Of a stretch of DNA of 64,000 nt, positions 25,117 to 39,445 are shown piece after piece. Made by a program: the position numbers and the translations under genes. Below the pieces are notes generated by a model. That model was given only the letters and a program-made list of their open reading frames with translations, was not told the origin of the DNA and made no database searches. Source of the stretch: Octopus sinensis (taxonomy: Eukaryota); contig NW_021831989.1 of assembly GCF_006345805.1 (NCBI RefSeq), positions 434,001 through 498,000 of the forward strand. The letters are read 5' to 3'. Each line of letters opens with the position of its first letter. Position 1 is the first letter of the stretch.

Positions 25117-25339
25117 GTTTCGACACTTTTCGTTAGTTGTTAATTAACATTAATATTCCTGCTAATATGTTTTGGGTTTTTTCATATAACCGAGATAATA
25201 TTACATGTAACCAGCGATAGCATATACATGCCTGTGTTATCTCAAACTGATTATCATTAACAAGTAAATTCCTTAATGAAACTGGAATTTATTAGAGTGG
25301 CCGGGTCCTTTATTTTTTTGAAGTTAATCACAACGTCTG

Positions 25340-26190
25340 TAATTTATCTTCTGATCTGAACTTTTGGTACCTGGATGACGTCACCCTGGTGGTACTTTAA
25401 AATGATCAAGACGGATGTCTCCCATATAATCTCTCTGAATAAATCCAATATAATTTGCTTATCAAGATTATTCAACAATCTCTCTGTCGTCGCTGAGCAA
25501 AGAGATTGCCGAATTTATGAACTCGTTATTCTTGGATCCCCCATCTCGGGCAAGAGATTTTAAACTGGTATATTGATTTGAAACACGTTTCACGGCCAAC
25601 CCTCAAATCCGGAAATGCGTTTAGAAAAATCAAGGTAGAATACAGTGATAAGAAATTTTGAAGAGTCTTTGATTCAAAACTAAGCAGCGTCAGCTCGCAA
25701 GCATAAATGCGGAGGAACCGTTATAGTTGTGTTTGCGTGGAACCGTTGGCCGATATAGTTTTTATCCTCCTTTGTGCAAGCTCAGTGCAGGAACGATTGC
25801 TCAACGACATTGTGAAAAGACCCCTAAATGTGCCCGGATTTCTTTTCGTACTCGAACCTGTTGGCTCGAATGGGAAACGCCTTAATTGGACAATTATCTT
25901 CCCTGTCAAGTGCAAAAAGTTCCCTGAATGGAACGCGACATGCGGAAACACCTACACGCCTACTTTTCGAAACCTCTCATCACTAGCTCTGGGATATGGC
26001 TCTTCCAAGCCAGAGGATTCGAAGATCGACAAATCTGCTTCCGATATTTTTCTCTTTTGCCCCCTACATCGTCGCTCATTGTGAATGCAATGTTCATCCT
26101 TTGTTGAGTACTGATTGACTAGCGCTAAGATCTTGTATAATTCCAAGATCGCCTTAACAGGCACTAATAGAATGACCAGACAATAATAGA
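25340..26190 (+). mobile_element. Highly degenerate CRE-like LINE remnant
   Basis: FWYLDDVTL (RT motif), LGSPI, LLNDIVKR..LEPVG..GKR..WNATC, collinear with the copy at 54.6-56.7 kb. Confidence 0.75.
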
Positions 26191-26299
26191 GCGTTTTTTT
26201 TCAAACTTAAATAAAAATCTAAGTTTTTTGATTTACAATTTAAAGTTAACAGTTAAAACTAAAAAAAATCTCATAGTTATCTAAACCCAAATGAGTTTT

Positions 26300-27925
26300 T
26301 GACTCTGAGATAATTGAACCAAGCTCTAAAAATTTTACTATTTCCTACACCTGTGTAAATTTCTCTGAAAGAAATCTTTGAAAGTTGCTCGTCTGAAATT
26401 GCAATAAGAAACGTGTCAATTTCTTTAAGATTATATATCATTTGTTGCAAATTCTAATAATATTATGCAGCATTTTTAACCGAAAAAGGATTTTTTATCG
26501 ATTCCACAAAATATTGAAATTTAATGTCATTATTTTCTAAAGTGTTTTGTTCGATTAGTTCGAATAAATGGGGTAAGTGAATAGAATATTTCATATAATG
26601 ACATTTTAGACTGCAAATCTATACAATAAATTAAGTATTAATGTTACGTCTTTGTTTAAAGCATTTTGTAAATTTTCAAGTTTTAAAGACATGGACTTTT
26701 CAATTTGAATATGTGAATTGTTAAAATTTCTTTCTTGAACGAATAGAAATAACTAAAATGTATAATCAGGCTATTAAAAATATACTCGTATACATTGATT
26801 GTAAAAATTGTAATCAATCCAATTTTTTTCAAAATAATGTTTAATAACACCACTTTCATCAAACAAAAAATTTGTAAATAGATCCCAACATTTTTTTTCG
26901 TCATTGATTAATTTATTTATCATTCTATCCAATACCAAGTGATTGCTTAATTTAAGGTTGAAGAGAACAGAGTCATCACTTTCTCCATCCGAGTCAGAAA
27001 AATCCATTGTTCTTTTTTCATGGCATCCCAACACATGTTGATTGTCTTCAAATTTTGTATAATTATTGAAATTAGCGGTTTCAAAATAGTCGTCTATTTT
27101 TGGAACATCAGGAATTTCATTTTTGAATTCGCATTTTAAAACTTTTCCGTTGGCTGAAATATTTAGATTATTTTCGTTAAATGTCTCGTCAAAAGAGATT
27201 CCTCCGTACATTCCCGGGTATTGGATCTTTTTCTCTAAATCGGGAAGTTTATAAAATATATTCGAATCCTGGTTTTCAAGCCAGTTTGAAACTCTTTCTT
27301 CTATTGTAGTTTTATTTGAAAGTAAGGATAAATTATTCCGCTTTTTCTTTCTTTTTTTCAGATTTATAATTGATAAATTGGTTATCAATATATTACTGGA
27401 TGTTAATCCTTTGAGATTTTTAGACTTTTTTTTAAAAATCGGTTTTATTTTTGGTTTGTTTTTACTCCTATATGCGGCCCCATCTGGGTTTTTTGTTAAT
27501 GTGACTCTTCCGAGGACAAGTTCCAACGAACCCTGATAATTTCTAAGAAAACAAAAATAGTTATGTCTACAATATCATTCGAATTATATCGTGGATCTTA
27601 TAGTCAGATATACTCATTCCATTTATTCTGATTATTAAATCCCCATTTTTTAGACCAGCATTAGCAGCTGGAGATTTTTCAAAGACGATGCAGACCCTTA
27701 TTGGCGGATCAAGGGTGATTGAAAAACCAAATCCATGTTTTCCTCGGTTAACACTTTTCTAAAAAGATTTTTTATGTAAAATATACAGTGAATGTCAACA
27801 ATGAAGATTTATTTTTGTTCATAATCTCATTTTCTATAAATTGATATAAAGAATGAACAACCTGAACCTTTAGAACAACTTTTATAATTCTCTATGCTGC
27901 GATTATTATTTTTGTCAATCCACAT
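26300..27925 (-). CDS. PDZ-domain protein (RGS12/RGS3-like PDZ); 3' end unresolved
   Basis: Spliced N-terminal exons give RGKHGFGFSITLDPPIRVCIVFEKSPAANAGLKNGDLIIRING..SLELVL, joined to ORF 26774-27526. Confidence 0.7.
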
Positions 27926-30081
27926 GGTTCGGTAATCTGTCGTAATTTTCACTCACTTATCTAATTTAAGCATACGGCAGCGTGCTAATTAAATATACGT
28001 TTTTTGAGATTTTTTTAATTGTAATACTCGAATGCAATATTTTAAGTACTAAATCGAGTGTCCACTTTGAAAATAATTTTTGGGTTCTCAAAAAAATCAT
28101 TATTCTTAAAGTATAGTTTTTATATTCATTTTTGAGACAGATTTTGTATAGATACCAAACTATTTAATGTCACATTATGATTTTGGACTGTCTAGAGATG
28201 ATTATTTTTTTGGTATGAGACTCTTAATAGACATTGTTAATCATTAACGAATCGTAAAAAACAATAATCATCTGTCATCTTCTGAAATTGAGATATCAAA
28301 AAACGTTAAGATTATTTTTCAAGATCTTATCGTAATTGAGACTGTCATTAAAAAGTGACAGACTGAATTTTAGACTTGTAAATTCTTTAGACTTGCCAAA
28401 CCATATTCAAACAGGTGCAGATGATGAAAGGAAATTGATTTAAAGTTTATTGCTAAATTAACAATGTGACCTGATACTTAACTCGTTAAATTCGCTACAA
28501 TCAATTTTACATTATAGTTATTTTAATTTATCCACTTAAGTCTACAATAAATCACTAAAATAAATTATATGAAATTAATCATATGACCTATTAAAATCCT
28601 TTTAGGCGGCCTGAATTAAATTGGGTTTTTACATGAAATATTTACTATTTAAAAATATTTTTCTCGGAAAGAAATTGCTAGAAAATTCAATTAAAATTAA
28701 ATTCCTTAATGGATGAATTATTGATAAAAATATTCAAGTTTTGTCCATTAGAAGTTAATGGAATGCAATTACCATACTAAACTATTTTATTGCTAATTAA
28801 AATTGAGTGCATTAAAATACAAAAGAATCACTACTGCTATAATATTATAAGATTTGGATTTAAAAATTTCCTAATAACCAAGCTTTATCCAAAATTACAA
28901 AGTAAACAATTAAATTTAAGTTCAATATATAAAATCTGGATCTATACTTATTTCAACATTTACACTCTTTTTTTCATTCCTGCTTTATTGTTTAAAATAT
29001 TTTTTTTCCAGAACAATTTATTTATCTGATAAAAATCAATCATTTTAAATTTTCAACTCCGTCTCAAATTTCTACATTTTCTAAATCACTGGCGGATTCT
29101 TTAAAATTTTTTAATAGACTCAGAAAAAGTCACGTGGGTTAAAAAAGTATCCCAATAAAAATGTAAAATTTTTTTTATTTTAGAAATATCAATGAATAAT
29201 TAGAATCGAATAGTTACCTCTTGAAACACTTAAGTAATTAAAAAATCATAATCCAAAATTATTCACAATTCAGATATTTCCAGACCAGAACACAAAATTT
29301 GTTTTTTTTATAGAGTGGGTTGAATTGAATAAATTTATCGACGATTCTTTTCATCAATATTATTGTACTTAACAACAGAGATACTTGTATTAGTAACTTT
29401 AAATTTTAATTGACTTATTTAGAAATTCAACCCGGGACTTATTTTAACTCCTTTAAGTAATTACGATTTTATGAATAATCATAATTGACCTCTTAACAAA
29501 ATACCAGTATTAATACATGTCCTTTAACAAACAAAAGTAATTGAAACTTGGAGAAAGTGTTTTGGTGATGTCAATATATTTTCGTATGATCTACTTGGTC
29601 AACTTTTAAAACAGATGCTTATCATTCACACTTTTTCTTTTGTGAGAATATCATAAAACGGGTAAGTTGAAAATCAGAAAGAAGCTGATATGCAACTTAC
29701 AAATGTAGTAATAACTCTGGTGTATCATTGTGGAAACATCTTCCAGAATCGAAAGATAAATTTTATAAAACACAAAGTATTCAGTTACTCGAAAAATTCA
29801 ATAATTATATTTTCTAATAATAAATGAGCACTATTCTCAGGAAGTTAAACAAAAATACCAATTTGGTCCAAAATGCAGCAGACAAACAAGTAAATTCAAA
29901 CGAATGTGTTGAATATTATTGAATATCAAAAAATAACAAAAAAGTATCACAAGTTCTTGTTCGTTCCACGTCAGATTCACTTTATTTAGTCAATTTAAGA
30001 ATAAATCACACAAACACGCCAAAACATGTTTTATCAAAAAACTGAACAAGCTAATTTTATTGTAAATAAATTTAAGATTAG

Positions 30082-30887
30082 TCAAATTTTAAAGCAAATA
30101 GTTCTCTTAGATTTCTTATGTTTGTGATCGGAAAACCTGAGTCGAATAGGCTGATGATATTGACCAGCAGATTCCCTCAGGACTCCATTAGACCCTCCAT
30201 TGTGGTTAACTAGTATTTAAAACACAACAAAACACGTTTATACTGTTCGTACAACCGTATTTGATTGTCCAAACACTTTTCTGCCACAATTCGAAAAACT
30301 GGGTATAAAATGAGCCATAAACCTGCATCGACGTTTTCGTTGTCCTTGGCTGAAGTCATCAAAAGGGGCAATCCATATTTTCTTGACAAAAAGTTAGAGG
30401 AATTGCTATAACACGTGTAGTCAAACAGTGAACTTGTCAATTTGAGAACAGAATGCAAGATCCATCTTATTTTGAACCAGAACCATGGGGATTTGGTCCA
30501 ATTCTTCACGGACCTGTCCAAACATGCCCGAACAAGCACAAACCTGCTGAATCCAGCGAGGAATGGCCAAGAATGATTGATTGTCGTCCACTGAGAATAC
30601 AATCACTGCTGCATGAGCACTTCTGTAGTAAGCCCGAGTCACAGCTTGGAACTCTTCTTGTCCTGCAGTGTCCCATAACATCAAATTCACGATTTTGTCC
30701 CCAATTCTAAATGAACTCAGCGTAAATGAAATAACTTGACATGACGTTCTAGGAAATCAACGCCTATAGTCTTTTTGTAGATCCTAGTGAAGTATCCCTT
30801 GCAATATCGTTGGATTAAACTAGACTTCCCAACTCCCCCGTTTCCAACAATGATTATTTTAAACTGAAATTGTATGTCTTGAAGCAT
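30082..30887 (-). CDS. RAB23: Rab23 GTPase (5 introns: 29, 30, 28, 24, 26 nt; 222 aa)
   Basis: GNGGVGKSSLIQRYCKG, YKKTIGVDFLER, WDTAGQEEF, VLVQNKMDL, C-terminal CFKI. The spliced length 669 nt is divisible by 3. Confidence 0.95.
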
Positions 30888-31742
30888 CTAAATGTTAAAA
30901 ATCGTGGATCACCACTTAGACCATATCAATTTGGCGGCATATTTATTTATTAAAAATATTCAAATTTAATTTAATACAAAAACTTTAATTTCAACAATTA
31001 ATTTAAGGTAGTTAATTTAAAACTTATCAATCCACTCTTTGTAGCCAAAAGGTCGTGTAATTTTATTTTTTTCTCCACAAAAATATCGACTTGGTTGCAC
31101 TGAATTTTTATGTGAATAAAATCGACTGGACTGAGGATCATTTTAATTTATTGACTTTTACGTTTCCATACTTTCTTGCGTATTACCACACTGGGTTGCC
31201 AAGTTACCCACAATGGTTACACAATGCTCCCTTGATTAAAAAACAAATCCTTATTTTTTACTATAGGTACCCACTTCGTCGATTTTTGTTGACCACAACG
31301 AGACAAACACGTTATTTATCGATTCTATTTTTTTAACTTTAATTTTTGTAATTAGCTTAGTCTAGTTTAATTTTTTTTTATAATTTTTAAGGACGTCTTG
31401 GAATTTACTGAAAATGTATTCTCTGCAAAATAAAGTTGTAAGCAGACCACGCACAACATCGCCATTATCCATACAAAATTACCTACAGAAATGCGACTAA
31501 AAATACTGACGACCTACAAAAAAATCTCAGTCTCACGGAAAGCTTAGAGATATCTAACCCAGAAAATCGTTTATATAACCACGGTTGAGACCCGGTTGTC
31601 TTACAGTTAAAGCAAAACTTGGTTTCTGTAGTGACTTAGTGATAATCTCATTTCCGAATATTTAGTTTATATCTCATAAATAAAATATTTTTGTCAGAAG
31701 TAATAATTTAATTAATAAAGAGTATATACGTGTCAATATTAG

Positions 31743-32415
31743 ATGTGGGTATGTTTCATATTATTCTCCCATTTTTTATCGAAGGGACCACTAATCACAC
31801 ACGAGGTTATTTAAACATGACAATTGTAGGTTGAATTCACAATTTCGATCGGAGATAAAATTGAGGGGACGATTAAAATCGGACTTTATGGAAAAACTGT
31901 TCCCAAAACTGTGGAAAATTTTGTTCAAATTGCCAACTCAACAGTAAAATTAATTAATAATTCTTTCAGAATCCCGGCTTGTCGTACAATTCCTCGACAT
32001 TTCATCGTGTCATATCCGGTTTCATGATCCAAGGGGGAGATTTCACCCGCGGAGACGGGACGGGAGGTTTCTGGAGGGTGTCATATCTAGGCATGTCAAT
32101 CTACGGACAGAAATTCAAGGACGAAAATTTCAAATTGAGTCACAACTCGGCCGGTGTCCTGTCTATGGCAAACAGTGGCCCCGACACTAACGGCTCACAG
32201 TTTTTCATAACACTTGCTGCCACCAACTGGCTGGACGGGAAACACGTTGTTTTCGGGAAAGTGATTGATGGGATGGTTGTCACTGTCAGTCTGAGTTATA
32301 GGATCTTGTTATCAGAATTGGCAATATTAAGACTGACCATCGAGATGCCCCCAACAAAATGGTTCGGATTGTCGCCTCTTCCGCGAGTGTTTTGGAGACA
32401 CCTTATGCGTCTTAA
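31743..32415 (+). CDS. PPIB: Cyclophilin B-like PPIase with signal peptide (4 introns: 24, 26, 24, 26 nt)
   Basis: [16 protein letters not shown].., [65 protein letters not shown]. The spliced CDS is 573 nt. Confidence 0.93.
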
Positions 32416-32709
32416 TTACCCTTGGACTTTGGTTTTTTTGTTTAAGGCTTAAATTTGTTTTATATTTAGTTGGTTTATATCGTAATTTAAACGTACTAAA
32501 TCCAAACTATTAGACAAATCATATTAAAAACTCTCTTCTTTAATTAAACTCTTCCGAATTTTATTCTACTTTTCGTGACCCAGTAAAATTGAAGACGTCA
32601 GGAGTGATGGAAAGGTTTAATGACCTGGCTTAAATATCATCTCTTAATAACAACAGAAACATTAAATAATTTAAAAATTCCTAAAGAAATGAACCAATAT
32701 TAGTACGGA

Positions 32710-34581
32710 CTAATCCTCCTTATCAGACGTGTACTGACAAGTGCGTGAAGAATCGACTGGGTACATCCTATATCCATAAATATATAAACGACAACCATCG
32801 TTGTGCCATATAAATAATAAAAATGATGTCATCCCGGAAATGAGCCAATCTATGAGCAGTCGGCATTTTGATCACAAATGCAAAAAGATCGTCAATGAAG
32901 GCGTTGATTCCCTAAAATGACAGGATATCCCTTACTTTATATATTAGTACAGGCCATGGCAATTTATCGACCGATTTGAGCTGCAATCGTATAAAAACAC
33001 CCCACCTTATAGTTGATGTACAACTGGGGCATCATAAACACAAATCCAAAGCAATACACGCCTATGACTCACCACACCACAATACCGTTGGCCAATGTGC
33101 CCACAATCCAAGAATACCAACTATGCTACAATCCACGGTCATTACCTTTCATAGGGAAAGTACACGAGCGAGTACCCTGCGGATATCACCAGCAGTGGAT
33201 ACACGTAGCGACTCATCAGTCGTACGCACTAACAATTCACACAAGAAGCAACCTCCATCTCCGCACTCCACGATTCCAATTCAGCCACGGAAAGTTTATT
33301 AAACTAAAGAAGGACTGCCGACAATACTACTTTGACAAATGGCCAGGTCAGACTGAATGTGGCACGTGCACATAGTACTACTTTCCAAATCTCCAACAAC
33401 ACAGAGAGTGCGGAGGGGACGAGGATGAGCAGACTCGCCTTCTTGTCGAGGAGGTACAAGAAAATGACGATACTACTCAGACAACGCCAGCGAACTGGCT
33501 ATATAGACATGAAAGAGACCGGACGTGACTGAAATGCCGTCGTTTGATTTGTTGGCTTTCCAAAACGCGACTTCTGACTTTATGGCCATAAAATCCAGCA
33601 GCAACTGACATTAAATAACAACTGACTCACGTGGATCATCGAGACTGAAAATGTAAGCAACAGCAAATATATATTCGTGTTTATCAGACTCTTCAGCTGA
33701 TCGAATGCCTCATCCTTAACCCCTATCGGAGGGCAGTCACCACCAACCATATTCACTCAGAGTAGCCATTGTCGACAGTATTTCTGAATGGAATGCAAAC
33801 ATGCCCATGGAAATAAGACTGTAGTGAATTGTCAGATTGAAATTCGTCTCGTTGTCTCTAATGACATTGGAATACGTGATTACACGACAATTCCCTCATC
33901 TTGTGTGAATTTCAATTCATTTACATACAGAATGGGCAAATATTCCTTCTCTTCGACTAATCTGGGGATCATTCAAAACGACTACTTTATTTCACTCTTG
34001 AGGTATTGGGGGATATTTCCCTTTGTGATGGCATGGGACTCCACCAAATGTAGGTAGAGGACTCCCTTCCAGTGAGGTACGACTTGTTTTGCTTTATCCA
34101 ATGCACTCTAAATAGGTTATGGGACACTATTAGCTGAATTATTGGAAGACAGGAGACTTTTAGTGGCTGTTTTGATTACTCCGAGATATGTCAGATTAGT
34201 CCATTTGGTGGACACACGTTCGCCATTCACCAGAAGCACAATTTGGGCCATCAGACCATTTGGGATGTTTGAGAGGGTAATAGTTCTGATAGATTTGATG
34301 ATTAAACAAACTTTTGAAATGGAATTTCACTGTCAAATTGGTCGATTTGAATCTTCTTTACATAATTTAGAGAATTTTCAAACAAATGTATGTCGAACTG
34401 CATTTTTGAGACACAAATAAACCGATATAAGAGGAGCACGGGACAAGAGTGACTGGTAACATTCATTATTAGGGGATTCGACACATTTCTTTGGAACCAA
34501 GAGATTGTAAAGGGTAAAAAGAGAGTATAAACTGTATACAACACCCACAAAGGTAGTCACCTTCGATAGAGAAGGCACCAT
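32710..34581 (-). CDS. CLPTM1L: CLPTM1-like lipid scramblase (many micro-introns; absent from the ORF track)
   Basis: Spliced 3' exons read WYSWIVGTLANGVYCFGFVFMMPQLYINYKLKSVDKLPW..YKGINAFIDDLFAFVIKMPTAHRLAHFRDD..QRWMYPVD. The 5' exon boundaries are less certain. Confidence 0.9.
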
Positions 34582-34832
34582 TTATAAATTCAAATTACGT
34601 TTACATTTTATTCAATATTTGAATTACATTAAAATAGAATAATTTTATATTAAAATGATTTAACTCAACAATTTCCACTACTGGAGACAATATTTCTTTT
34701 GCGGAATTAAAAGATTGTCATTTTATAAATTGCAAATATAATATTAAATTAGTTTTAATTAAATAAAAATATTTTTTTTAATAAAAAATAATATTTTATT
34801 TACGCAACTTATTTGTCCTCTTGTTGACTTTA

Positions 34833-37083
34833 ATGTTCAGGAAGTTAATACAAAAGTTTGATGTGGTAAAGCCCTTATATACAATATTAATGACAATAGG
34901 CTGACATTAATGAAAAAAATGAACGACGCCACTCTGAAGACATAGATTTAATATCCCCTTCAGCTATATCAAAATTCAATGTCTCCCAATTTGATGAACT
35001 GAAGGAACTCTGCATGGAATACAGCAAAAGACTTTCAGCAGCAATGGCACTATTTATTTTAAAATATTACAGAGTAAAAGTGAAGGGAGATCTGAGGAGT
35101 GTCTTTCTTTGGAGACTTTCGTAGAGGAAAACAAACAATTTCGGAATAATACTGAATTTTATATCAATCAGAATGGTTTGGCTGACAAGGTATGTTTTGA
35201 TCATCCGAAAATAACATCTAGTCGTTAAATATAGACGAAAGTAACCTAGACGAGTCATTAGAGCGATTGGGTGGTTTAAGGAATGTATTAATCAGTAATA
35301 TGGAGAGGCAGGACAAGGTCGAAGTGTGGATTAAACAGATTATTCGTGATAATGTCGCAAAGAATGAAGAAATTGAAATATTAGGAGGCAAGAATGCTTC
35401 TTTGCTGGATGTTGTGGACAAGCTGATAGCAAAGAATGATCAACTCGAACAGGCAAAATCCAAATCATATCAAAAAGTTGTTTTATTATACTTAAACTAG
35501 ATTGACTCTCTAATAAAAGAACTTGAAGTGAAAGAGTCTGACTTGTTGCATCTCAATTCTAAACTTTCTGCTTATAAAAAAGCCATGGAGGAAGCAGAGG
35601 AGTCGTACATGTCCCAGAAAAATGATTTGTCTTCTCAACTCAGCTTGGCCGAGTCCAAAATACATGAAATGAATACAGAAAATGTCAGGACTTCTCAATT
35701 CCCAGTATTGCAGTCGAAAATGTGTTCAATCACTGTAATATTCCTGGAATAATTGCATAGGACACGATTAGTGAGTTGTATAATGCTATATGTGTACGTC
35801 TATGTGTATTGGAAACTAAGATTGGTCAGCTGGACAACTCATTTTCACTTTTAATGTCAAGATGTAAGTTGTCGGCGTCCAAGTGGAGTCAGATTGGAGA
35901 GAAATACACCAATTTAAAACTCGACACTTCCAAATCAGTAGAAAATGTCTTTGGTCGATTGTCTGAGATGGAAGAGCAATTGAAGAGGCAAGCGGAGACA
36001 GTGGATACCCTGGAATCTCGAATCAGTCAAAATTATGGGACACTGAGAACACACTATGTGGGGGTTCTCCAACAAAAGACTGATTTGCTGCGTGAATCTC
36101 AGGAGAAGATAAAGGAGGTTGAAGATGACTTCCAAAGTCAAGTCACGGAGGCCATTCAGAATTATGAGCGGGCAATATCCTTGCTCAGAGAAGAAAATGA
36201 TAGAGAGAAGGACAAGATGAGAGTGGATTACAACACGTGTGTAGCTCAAAATAGGGAGTATGCCGACCAAATAGTCAAACTACAACAAATGAACGAGGAT
36301 CGTGCAGAGCCTTTGGGTATTCCCGTCGAGTCAAGTCAGGCGGGAGTGCAGACTGGAGAGGACTTGTATCCTCGGTTGAGAGACGCGTTGGAGTCCTCTC
36401 TCCAGCCATATCTGCCAATTGTTTTGGGAGACGTGGAGGAAGACAGAATCACGCGAATGATTGGAGGATTGAATGACCTGTTGGCAGATATAGCAATATA
36501 TCGAGAGTTTTTCGACGAGAATGTGAGTTGTTCTTTATTAATAAATAACGTAGACACAACACAAGGACTCGTACGATCGGAGGGTTGTCTATCTATGGTT
36601 ATGACTCAGTTTAGGGATGTAAGACTTAGACTGACTGGTGCCAATTTGGACATGAGCAGCAAAATGATCAGCTTTATAGACGTGAGTTTGTGTGAGTATT
36701 GGGTAGAATGTGTGTGATATCAATGAACAACTCATCACCCTTTTTGAACGGTACATTGAGACGGGCTCTATCGGGTCACTCCATTCGATCTCACTTGCTC
36801 ACTCTCTCAAGACTTTCCCTCTCCAGTTTATGTGAGCAATGTTTTATGAATTTGCAGGCAGCTCAGTTCTCACACTGATTCTTATACTTCTCTCACGTGT
36901 AGTAGTATTGATGGAGTAAAACTCGAGGTACACATGTGTTGTCTTTTTTAGTATTTTCGGCAAGTTTTGTTCGGGTACATGACTGGATGTGACAGAAGCA
37001 CTCTGGCGAAGGTGATCTGCAATATTGTGTCTTTTCCCACCAACAAAATGAAGGTCGTGTATAAGTTTAATGGTGTCAAATAA
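34833..37083 (+). CDS. GRIP-domain golgin (golgin-245-like), shortened coiled-coil protein
   Basis: Long coiled-coil ORFs, and a last exon LEYFRQVLFGYMTGCDRSTLAKVICNIVSFP that matches the GRIP consensus. Includes a probable GC-AG intron at about 35047-35072. Confidence 0.75.
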
Positions 37084-37494
37084 TTGCTCTATATTATTTT
37101 ATATTAATAACATGTCAACTTTATAATTCGAATACATTTCTCATTTTGGATAGCATTCTGTGTTTTCTACTAGAGTTCTGTATTTTGAATTGATAAAAGT
37201 AAACAAGGGCCGACCAATTCAAATTAAAATTCCTTCAAAAATAATGTGCTAACTGTTTAGTAATTATGGTGTAATACAAACGAGAATTAGCCACAAATGA
37301 TTGATTAAAAAGCATTAAAGTTACCCAATTATTCAATAGTCTGCCAAACAAATACTCGAAGAAAATTTAAATGAAATCTTTGTTAAATTGTAGCCCTTCT
37401 AATCAAATCTATAATATTTGGCATTTTGTGTTATTTCGGATAAAATCAAGTCAGCAATAAGGTTAAATTATAATCAAACAAGTAAAAATTTGTT

Positions 37495-38330
37495 TCAAAA
37501 AAAACTGAAGCTGTTGCATCTTTCAATTGAATTTTCAAGATTAGTTTTTGATGCTTTTCGGATTCCTTCGATTTTATGCCATTTGAAAAAATCTCTGATA
37601 TGCTCTTTACTGATTTCGTGGTTGGAAACTGACGGCCTGCATTGAAACTACTTGGCTCACCTCAAATTTCCTTGACATTCTTTGTCAGTTATATCGGATA
37701 AATTTTGTAATTTGTTTAAATTAGGCATTTCATTGAAATTTGTTGATTTCGTTTTGTCGAGTATTTCTAAGATTTTACAAAATATCTAACTGATCATTTT
37801 TAATTTTTTGTAATCCCATATTTTGTCATTGTAATGGCTGATTCGATCGTTGTGTGATTTCTCGATTATCTTTTTTTGTTTTTCAATCATCTGAATATTG
37901 GAGGCACCTACATTGTCGTATTTCTCATTCAAGGATTTCGCCCGAAGCTTTGATTTTGCTAAAAAAACTCAGATTTTAACACTTTACATATCATCGGAGT
38001 GATTGATTAAGTTCAATTGTATTCATCGAGGCGCATAATTTGCATCTTATTACTCATAAAACGCAAATGTCAACTCATTTCTGACAAATTTTTAATCGAT
38101 GACGTAGAAAATCACATTTTTGGGATCGATACGCGACTGAATTTTAGAATGTGTTGCCAATGAACTTTTCACCGCAAGATTTTTATTATTTCGAGTATGT
38201 TGGTCTGAAAAAGCAATCGCTTGATGAGCTATTATTTTTATGGTGAAAAATAACATACTCTGGAAAATTATTGCGAATAATCAATAGCTAAAGTTTAGGA
38301 TGTGAATATAGACATTTATGTTATACCTTT
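37495..38330 (-). CDS. Orphan protein, paralog A (5' exons unresolved; possibly pseudogene)
   Basis: Spliced exons read AKSKLRAKSLNEKYDNVGASNIQMIEKQKKIIEKSHNDRISHYNDKIW...EHIRDFFKWHKIEGIRKAS..SIERCNSFSFF*. Homologous to 45089-45870. Confidence 0.6.
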
Positions 38331-38429
38331 TGAATATTTTTTAATTATCGATTTAATCATGCTAACCATACTAAAATTATACCTCATACTGAAATAATCA
38401 ACCTATTTCCAACTTTATTTATTGTTACT

Positions 38430-39290
38430 CCAGGATCACCAGGTTATACGGAAATAAGAGAAAAATGATCCCAGACGAAGGCAATGGAGGTTATGTGGAC
38501 GAAAATTTGGATGGTTCTCCAGAAAAGGCATGTCGATAGCTCGAAACGGGGACGTTTTTTGAAGTAGTTAAACAAGAATACGTATGAAGGAATCGCAGCG
38601 ATAGAGGCTGTCCTCACCATTTTTTGTTCCCTTTTGATGAGACCTGCATTCAGGATGTCATGTGGCTCGCCGATAACGTGGTGGGATTTGGAAAAAAGAG
38701 CTTCACTTTACCTATCCGTAAAGGATGTGCCTATTTCGATCTGGGAACATCAAGTCAAACTCTGACCCAGCTAGGATAGTCCAGCTCAATGTAAATGAGA
38801 TCAAGAATAAATCTCTTGGACTTAGAACCTTTCTGGAGAAACACTACATCGACGTATTACTACTTCAAACTATCGCCCAACAATCCACTCTAAGGTTTCC
38901 TGGATATTCAGTTGTTCGTAAAGACAGAAATGGGAAAATTGGAGGAGGCATCCTGACTATCATTCGGAACGGGATTCCCTATGTGGATGTTACTGACAAT
39001 GTATGCACTTTGCTCCAGGATTGCGAAAACATTGAACTTGTAACAATAAAAATTCGTCTCCCGAGACGTTCGATAACATTAGTTAACGTATATCTTTTTC
39101 CTCTGAGTCATGCTCCTCTCGTACTCATGGATTCTTCCCACTTTCCACACTTAAAGATGTGTTTATATGTAGAGACTTCAAAGGAAAGCATCCGTAATGA
39201 CTAACGGGACATGTGCGGGACAAGAGGGGTGAGACGTTGATTGAGGACTTTCACAGTCTGTGAATCCTCATCGACCCGGCTTTTCACCTG
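38430..39290 (+). mobile_element. LINE 5' remnant (APE endonuclease, Jockey/I-like)
   Basis: IVQLNVNEI..IDVLLLQ..FPGYSVVRKDR..GGGILT..ITLVNVY, then a degenerate GDFN-like motif. Confidence 0.8.
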
Positions 39291-39445
39291 AACCTCTTTC
39301 CAACTTTCTTAATACGAATTAATACTTAATTGAAAATATACATTGAATGTTATGAATTAGACTAAAATTTATTTTATGTGTGATTCTGAAGTTATTTTTG
39401 ATGATTTTGAAATAGACAAATTAAAAAATATAAAGTAATAATTAT

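Noticed and set aside
31035-31060. Minus-strand CGACCTTTTGGCTA resembles the U2 snRNA 5' end
   Set aside because: No branch-point pairing sequence (GTGTAGTA) or Sm site follows, so this is likely a chance match.
32976-34420. Plus-strand ORFs listed in the track
   Set aside because: They are antisense shadows of CLPTM1L. Many other listed ORFs likewise overlap TEs or genes on the opposite strand.
30082-37083. Four adjacent endomembrane genes (RAB23, PPIB, CLPTM1L, golgin) as a functional cluster
   Set aside because: Mixed orientations, no shared motif seen, and a broad category; chance adjacency is adequate.
37463-37497. Hydrophobic GPI-like tail on the orphan paralogs
   Set aside because: It needs an extra T. 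Both copies independently read FF-stop at the same position.
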